From positions 1-47,900 of the forward strand of contig JAIXRU010000246.1 of the NCBI GenBank assembly GCA_027485045.1: a stretch of DNA of 47,900 nt, written 5' to 3'. The notes below the pieces were generated by a model. That model was not told the DNA's origin. It did no database searches and saw nothing but the letters and a program-made list of their open reading frames with translations. Position numbers and translations under genes: made by a program. Origin of the DNA: Opitutaceae bacterium. Lineage in GTDB: Bacteria > Verrucomicrobiota > Verrucomicrobiia > Opitutales > Opitutaceae. Below are positions 43,101-47,900 of the stretch, piece by piece. Position 1 is the stretch's first letter, and every line of letters begins with the position of its first letter.

Positions 43101-45747
43101 CAGCCTCGATCTCTCGGCCGACGCCACGACCACCCTCACCCTAAACGTGCCCGCCGCCCTGAACGGCGCGGCCGTGCGCTGGTTTACCTCGCTCGGAGCC
43201 ATCGAAAACCCCGTCACCACCATCGCAAACGGCGCGGCCACCGCCACCCTTCGCGCCTCCGGTGGCCGGGTGGGCTCCGCCCTCGTCACCGCCTCGGTCG
43301 GAGGTTCGGTTTACCTCGCCGAAGTCGCCTTCACCTCCTCCGCGCCGATCAAAGTCGAGGTCGAGCACCCCGTCATCGTCGGCGATGCCTCCTCCGACGG
43401 CACCCACCCCGTGCGCCGCGCCGACGGCACGGTGGAAAACGTCGCCTACCGCGCCAGCACGCCCGTGCACATCCGTGCCCCCGCCTACGCCGGCCGGACC
43501 GCCACCGTGCGCTTCGGCCAGGTGAAGCCGGCGGCCGATCTCCTCTACCGCTTCGATCAGCTCTCCGCCGGCACCACCCCCTCCGCAACCGGCAACCACC
43601 CCGCCACCGTATCCGGCGCCACCCTCGATACCACCCGCCGCCAAGAAGGCGCGGCCTCCCTGTTCTTCGACGGCGAAGATGCCGTGCTCGGCGTGCCCGA
43701 CCACAGCACCGTCCGCCTGCAATCCGGCCTGGTGATTTCGCTTTGGGTGCACGCCGCCGACTCCGGCGGCAGCCTCGTGGCCAAAGCCGGCGAATACGAT
43801 CTCGCCATCGACTCCGCAGGCCGCGCCACCTTCACCGTCCAAACCAGCACCGGGCCCACCACCCTCATCGGTCCGGCCCTTCCGCTCGACGCCTGGATAC
43901 AGGTCCGCGCCGAATACCGCGCCGGAGGCGAACTCCGCCTCTCCGTCGGCGGCACCACCGCCAGCGCCACCGCCCCCGGCCTGCCCCAGCCCGGCACCGC
44001 CCTCGTTCTGGTGGGCGAAAACTTCGGCGGCTGGCTCGACCGCCTCGCCTTCGAGGCCGGAGAACAGTTTGTCGCCGGCACCGGACTCAGCGTTCTGGGC
44101 GTGGATCTGGCCGATCAAATCGTGCTCGACGCCAACGGCCAGGCCACCGTCACCCTCGCGGGCAACGGCGGCGAAGCCGTTACGCCCGCCAGCCCCGTGC
44201 TCGGCGTCGGCATCCGCGTCTCCATCAACCCGGAGATCACCCTGGACGAAGGCGTGGTCGTTACCACCCGCGAAAACTACGCCGTGCTCGACGCCACCCT
44301 CGGCGAAGTCCGCGTAAGCACCGGCAGCGTTACCGGCCCGCTCACCGAGGCCCGCCGCGCCGAAGTGCTCGCCGCCTGTCTGCGCGAGCTGGAGCGCACC
44401 GGCCAGCGCGCCGCCGCCTTGCCCTTCCTGCCGACCGGCACCGCGGAGGAGCGCGCCAAGTTCGGTTTCCGCGCCATTCTCTGGATGGAGTCCACCGGCC
44501 AGGGCGTGCCCCAGATGCGCCTGGCCTTTGAAAACACCGAAGCGCTGCCCCTCACCGCCGAGCAGCGCCGGTTTTTTGAAGATCAGCTCGTTTACCTGCT
44601 CACCGATGCCATCCGCTTCGGCAGCGACGCCATGGCCGAGCACAGCCTGGTCGAGCAATGGGGAGGCTTCCTGCAAACCCTCGCCCAACTCTCGCAAGGC
44701 GCGGATTTCCCCGCGCTGGTACTCGCCGCCGACAACCGCGAAACCTTTGCGGGCCTCGGCGAACTCCACGAAAAACACGGCCCCGGGTTAATCGAAGAAC
44801 TGGCTCGCCTCGGCCAGTTGGAGTCCGCGCGCAACCCCACCTTTGTGCAACGCGTGGTCGCCGGGCTCCGCAAAGTCGCCGACGGGGTGGCCGACCAGTG
44901 GGAGCACCAACTCGTTACCTCCACCGAAGGCTGGCTGCGTGACCGCACCATGCAGGCCGTGACCGACGGCAAGCTGGATGAAGTCGATGCCTACTACATC
45001 GGCTTTGCCTGGGGGCTATGCCAGCAAGCCTACGCGACCGCCCAGATGAACAACATGTTGGCGGCTATGCGCATGAGCGAGCAATTGGCGAGCACCGTGG
45101 CCGCCGCGTGGGATGGCAGCCAGGAGGCCCGCACCGCGCTCAAGAGCATGATCCCGGTTTACGGGCTTGTGGTGATGAACGACTCCACCCGCGCCCTGGT
45201 GCAGCAAGGAAAGTATTTTGATGCCGGCATGGGCTCCGCCCAAGAATCCACCGCAGCCATCGGCACCGTCACCGGTGCTGTACAATTGATGAAGGCCGGC
45301 ACGGTGGCGATCATCATTAAGAAATCGGGCAAGAAGGTGATAAAAGGCGGCCCGCCGCCTTTGCCGGCTTCGTTTGGATTATCAAAATCACAAAATCCCA
45401 CCCATGCGACATTCGTGGCTGAATTTAAGGCGACGCATCCCTTCTTAAATCATCCAGATGCCCCAAAAATCCAAATTCATCATGCAGTTCCTCAAACTAC
45501 TTTAGCTGCAAGAGCCCACCAGTTAATTGGCGAAGTTATAACCCCCGCAGAAATGCACTCTTTATCAAATGCACGCGGCATTCCCCATGACCTGCGTTTA
45601 CCCAATGGACGTCGCCTTCATCAGCATATTACAAATATATGGGAAAGATGGTTTGATATGCATCCCACCTTTACGAAACAAGACTTACTCGATTTTGCCA
45701 CAAAGATTGATAGAAAATACGGTCATTTATTTATCCCCCCCATTTAA
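40138..45747 (+). CDS. Polymorphic toxin: signal peptide, N-terminal DPDxDG/FLRLR module, FN3, DxDxDG repeats, variable AT-rich module, Ig-like domains, LamG-like domain, helical pre-toxin region and C-terminal HH..N..H nuclease-like tip
   Basis: Ig/invasin-like A.LPADG....LEASVRDAFGQPV and TDADGLARA. LamG-like SLFFDG..ISLWV..LVAK.GEY..DAWIQV..FGGWLDRL. AT-rich tip IHHAVPQ..EMHSLSNARGI..LH..W..ID.KYGHLF. A small gene follows 1 nt after the stop. Confidence 0.85.
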   Translation: MSPVHRLLIIFRLALGFTATGLGLSAQTTFSVWQPTVFPEADWYNNAVSGVSADPDLDGLRNLEEFVFFGQPLGADSAALSPRLEQVGANLTLTFRQRQDLSGVDIRLQGSDTLTSWITYNTLTEVDRVTFTGYDEVTLLDPQSFSNAAPARRFLRLRLETPVPTELRPPVQLSLGVAPASPQSWSVSWTDPNGFETGHRIERRLLADGTWQEVGSTAADTGAFTHNAADYQQSLTYRVSALAAGGKIATSSPVSLPDTDGDGIPDALELQTAYTGVQGTFASDPNSFSSNGSGVSDGWQAANGYDPAGSFNGEADSDDDGLSDYEEYTLGTNPRKEDSDDDGVLDPDDGWAMVSALAPARLEAPNYALIPIGPAGSYATEINNNGQVILKNTNDAWALLNEGLANEISPPAGRSLDLVYGLNDSGNFLASTNFYDGNPLTVNSWKRSSSGNWIECAVPQGIAQVYGSEYEGYTINTESVGLDETVYGTARTHVSSSFGGFATIFGAFRWNGSPPELIGDQIGYSEGEVGQGYLRTFSSDVLNDYFGVVPDEYAADGTTFFGIKVNNQDVKLSQLNSYNGTYSYFNWNGDVMQEGGTEHHALVINFGEGELLEIENGVLNGEYALTNNNTIILNQNDGQPILWLDTKAGLRNDQLVDGSPTYTRLDWKTNYGEAPPLTLNAQMRGHDGNRIWQNAQWQDLAPLIPATQGQNATWGPVYISDQNDSGTLVGSARKTADNQTYAVLLVPVELTLSHPVVTSPEPPKYVVNADTASVMLTASVLGAADGTLIGWEIASGDGTLSHAESATVDGFARTTLATSTQVGATYRVTAQVKKLLLPAATPGGPSPEFDFETLGLAATDPTLRQTTDDITVIPGFAAAITVTRKNEDGSPAAPLPADGRSRRVLEASVRDAFGQPVAENTPVNWHLSGSGKLIDIEAFTDADGLARAVLVAGDATANQKIRVEADSYEITEQVENIAVTGTLAASASSLDLSADATTTLTLNVPAALNGAAVRWFTSLGAIENPVTTIANGAATATLRASGGRVGSALVTASVGGSVYLAEVAFTSSAPIKVEVEHPVIVGDASSDGTHPVRRADGTVENVAYRASTPVHIRAPAYAGRTATVRFGQVKPAADLLYRFDQLSAGTTPSATGNHPATVSGATLDTTRRQEGAASLFFDGEDAVLGVPDHSTVRLQSGLVISLWVHAADSGGSLVAKAGEYDLAIDSAGRATFTVQTSTGPTTLIGPALPLDAWIQVRAEYRAGGELRLSVGGTTASATAPGLPQPGTALVLVGENFGGWLDRLAFEAGEQFVAGTGLSVLGVDLADQIVLDANGQATVTLAGNGGEAVTPASPVLGVGIRVSINPEITLDEGVVVTTRENYAVLDATLGEVRVSTGSVTGPLTEARRAEVLAACLRELERTGQRAAALPFLPTGTAEERAKFGFRAILWMESTGQGVPQMRLAFENTEALPLTAEQRRFFEDQLVYLLTDAIRFGSDAMAEHSLVEQWGGFLQTLAQLSQGADFPALVLAADNRETFAGLGELHEKHGPGLIEELARLGQLESARNPTFVQRVVAGLRKVADGVADQWEHQLVTSTEGWLRDRTMQAVTDGKLDEVDAYYIGFAWGLCQQAYATAQMNNMLAAMRMSEQLASTVAAAWDGSQEARTALKSMIPVYGLVVMNDSTRALVQQGKYFDAGMGSAQESTAAIGTVTGAVQLMKAGTVAIIIKKSGKKVIKGGPPPLPASFGLSKSQNPTHATFVAEFKATHPFLNHPDAPKIQIHHAVPQTTLAARAHQLIGEVITPAEMHSLSNARGIPHDLRLPNGRRLHQHITNIWERWFDMHPTFTKQDLLDFATKIDRKYGHLFIPPI

Positions 45748-45748
45748 C

Positions 45749-46171
45749 ATGCAATATTTCAAAATAGAGCCACCAGCCACTGGAGAGCTTGGCGATAATG
45801 CTATCGTTGATTTCACGCAACGGCCTGCGGTTATTCATCGTGCGCAGTTTTGTATATTTTACAGACCTGATTCGGATATAATTCTCGCGTCTTCGTTTTT
45901 TTTAGTAACTGATAAACTTAAGACATTGATAACCGAGGCCGGCTTAACTGGCGTGGCCTTCAGGGCCTGCGAAATTCTGAAATCTGCTCAGTATGATGAG
46001 CTATCGGAACCATGTTTAGAGCTTCCAGAATTGGTGATAATGGAGCCCGTGGGAATCCTTGAAAAAGATGATGTTTCATATTTCTCCGGAACCAAATTCT
46101 TTGCGTCGGAAAAATTCATTGCACTTTTAGAAAAGCAATCAAGCGAAGGGTGTATTATTAGGCCTGCTTGA
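45749..46171 (+). CDS. Cognate immunity protein candidate (Imm-1)
   Basis: ATG 1 nt after the toxin stop (TAAcATG); AT-rich; 140 aa; paralogous to the next two small genes. Confidence 0.8.
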   Translation: MQYFKIEPPATGELGDNAIVDFTQRPAVIHRAQFCIFYRPDSDIILASSFFLVTDKLKTLITEAGLTGVAFRACEILKSAQYDELSEPCLELPELVIMEPVGILEKDDVSYFSGTKFFASEKFIALLEKQSSEGCIIRPA

Positions 46172-46226
46172 ATGTATGTCGAAAAAAAAGATGAGAACAT
46201 TAGACGCCTCCATTAACAGATAGAAA

Positions 46227-46658
46227 ATGAAGTATAAAATACTGAAACCGACCGCTGATGGTGAAATCGGTGAAAATGCCGTAATAGACTGGAAGCACCC
46301 CAAGCGCAAAATCATCAAAGCCCATATTTATTTATATTACGAAATAGAATCCGAGGTAATCCAAGCATATCCAATTTTCATATTCAGCAGATCGCTCTGC
46401 GATGAATTGAAGGAGAGCGGAATCACGGGAATTGACTACATTCCGCTAGAGATAAGCAAAGCACCACAGTATGATGAGTTATCTAAAAACAAGGAGCTTC
46501 CGTCTCTCGAATGCATCGAACCATGCGGGGCCGAGGGAATAGATGATGTCATTTATCACAATGAGACTGCCTTTAAGGTATCGGAACGCTTTATTGAATT
46601 AGCTAAAAAACATTCACTATTCGGCTGTGAGATAACGAACTTGGATCTGAATGAGTAA
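46227..46658 (+). CDS. Orphan immunity protein candidate (Imm-2)
   Basis: Shares GE.G.NA..D, G.TG....EI.K..QYDELS...ELP, EP.G..DDV and SE.FI.L with Imm-1. Confidence 0.8.
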   Translation: MKYKILKPTADGEIGENAVIDWKHPKRKIIKAHIYLYYEIESEVIQAYPIFIFSRSLCDELKESGITGIDYIPLEISKAPQYDELSKNKELPSLECIEPCGAEGIDDVIYHNETAFKVSERFIELAKKHSLFGCEITNLDLNE

Positions 46659-46730
46659 TGCATTACACGTTTATTCAAAACGTTTAATGAATAGCCGACC
46701 TCGGCACACTGCCGAGTGACGCGCAACTAA

Positions 46731-47102
46731 AGCACCCAATCAGCGCGTGGTCTCTACAAGGAAGCGTTTTTCAAACACCGGCCGGATTTGGCGGACTTCC
46801 AAGGAACTGGAGCCATCGAGGTTCATCATCGTATTCCTCAGACTGTGCTCGACCGACGGGCATCAATGCTTGCGCCCGGTGAAACTCCGTTTACTTGGCA
46901 GGAGATCGATTCGTTTCAGAATACACGTGGCGTGAATCGCGAAATGAAATTGCCGAATGGAGATGGATTACATGCAACGATAACAAAAAAATGGGAAAGC
47001 TTTTTTCGAGAAAAATTAAAAAATAATCAAACATTCACTCGTGAGGAATTATTCATCCATGCAGAAGAAATTGATAAAATGTATGGACATTTGTTTTTAT
47101 GA
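46731..47102 (+). pseudogene. Orphan toxin C-terminal cassette, same family as the main toxin tip
   Basis: Open frame from the TAA at 46728-46730 with no upstream ATG: ..YKEAFFKHRPDL..IEVHHRIPQ..EIDSFQNTRGV..LPNGDGLH..W..TFT..ID.MYGHLF. Aligns with the toxin tip. Confidence 0.8.
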
Positions 47103-47578
47103 CTAAATATTTTTATCGTTTAGATCCGGGTTGCGAAGGCGAATTAGGAGATCAGACTGATGTTGATTTCACCAAGCCATTTCTTCATCAAACCAAATTT
47201 CTTCATCTCCACATTACAGGGATGCTAGCGGCGGATTTATCATTTATTGGTGATTGCTGGATTGTAACTGAATCTTTCCGAACACTAGCAATCGAGAAAA
47301 AAACTAGCGGATGCAGTTTTGTCGATATGGTTACTACTTTTGATGATGAATTAAAAAAACTTTACCCCGAGTTGTTTCCGGTTAAACTTTGGAGAATGCT
47401 TATTATAGGAGCAGCGTTTGTTGATGATATTGGGCTTAAGGATTACAATATAATCGCAAGCCAATCTCTTATTGAAATACTAAATCTACTTCACTACAAT
47501 CATTACTCAACCACTATTGAAATTGGTGGCGAGGCTGCTAAGTCCCTGATTGCCCACAGACGAAAATCGTATTGGTGA
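47099..47578 (+). CDS. Immunity protein candidate for the orphan tip (Imm-3)
   Basis: ATGA overlap with the orphan tip stop; YRLDPGCEGELGDQTDVDF, WIVTE, SGCSF, G..FVDD, IASQSLI resemble Imm-1/2. Confidence 0.8.
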   Translation: MTKYFYRLDPGCEGELGDQTDVDFTKPFLHQTKFLHLHITGMLAADLSFIGDCWIVTESFRTLAIEKKTSGCSFVDMVTTFDDELKKLYPELFPVKLWRMLIIGAAFVDDIGLKDYNIIASQSLIEILNLLHYNHYSTTIEIGGEAAKSLIAHRRKSYW

Positions 47579-47900
47579 AAATCGTATAATTGCAGGAACA
47601 GTTGAGGAATCGTATGAATTTTCATTCATAACTGTATTATTTTCGGAATATTTCTAGTGGTCGTCTGAAAAACCACATAAAAATTTACACAAGACTAATG
47701 GGAGGTCCTAAATTCATTTCCGCACTGTGATTTTTCAAAAACCTCGATTTGCGATCGAGGATACGTTCGCAAAAGCGGCATTTGATCGTAAGCGTCCGGC
47801 CGGAGACCTACTAGGCGTGGCATGGTCATAGTGATAAAGTGTCCGGCATGGAAACGCCGGTCATCACAACGGAACTGATCAAAGATTACCGTAAGCACGA

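Noticed and set aside
45569-45748. N-terminal extension of the 200-aa ORF call overlapping the toxin end
   Set aside because: Homology with the two paralogs begins at MQYFKIEP (45749), right after the toxin stop.
46172-46230. Possible eroded toxin tail before Imm-2 (..EH*TPPL.. resembling GHLFIPPI)
   Set aside because: Too short and interrupted by stops to distinguish from chance.
47695-47900. 67-aa minus-strand ORF, or a plus-strand start at 47848 (METPVITTELIKDYRKH)
   Set aside because: Cut by the window edge with no recognisable motif; cannot decide which, if either, is real.

Overview
GC-rich bacterial window. Gene content and protein style suggest Verrucomicrobiota, probably Opitutaceae-like (inference). 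Bases 1-26 kb are mostly housekeeping and accessory genes: miaB 3' end, gmk, panB-coaC-coaB-panD, accB-accC, a split PAS + MCP energy-taxis pair, MarC, a GT-C type glycosyltransferase, a lone flagellin, prepilin peptidase, PhzF, RluA, an alpha/beta hydrolase + GH3 pair, a TonB receptor + beta-propeller phytase, and a DMT transporter. Bases 26-47.6 kb hold large exported proteins. The most notable is a polymorphic toxin locus: an ~1870-aa signal-peptide protein ending in an HH..N..H nuclease-like domain, three paralogous immunity-like genes, and an orphan toxin tip of the same family. The toxin has no recognisable RHS, CDI, T6SS or T7SS delivery signature. Instead its N-terminus carries a ~125-aa 'W..F..DPDxDGLxNLxE...FLRLR' module that sits at the extreme C-terminus of two neighbouring exported proteins, which suggests a shared, uncharacterised export or anchoring route. 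Non-coding candidates include a sigma54-driven structured small RNA, an attC/MITE-like element, and a sigma28 promoter with CsrA-type hairpins far upstream of flagellin. All family calls come from motif recognition by eye; no searches were run.
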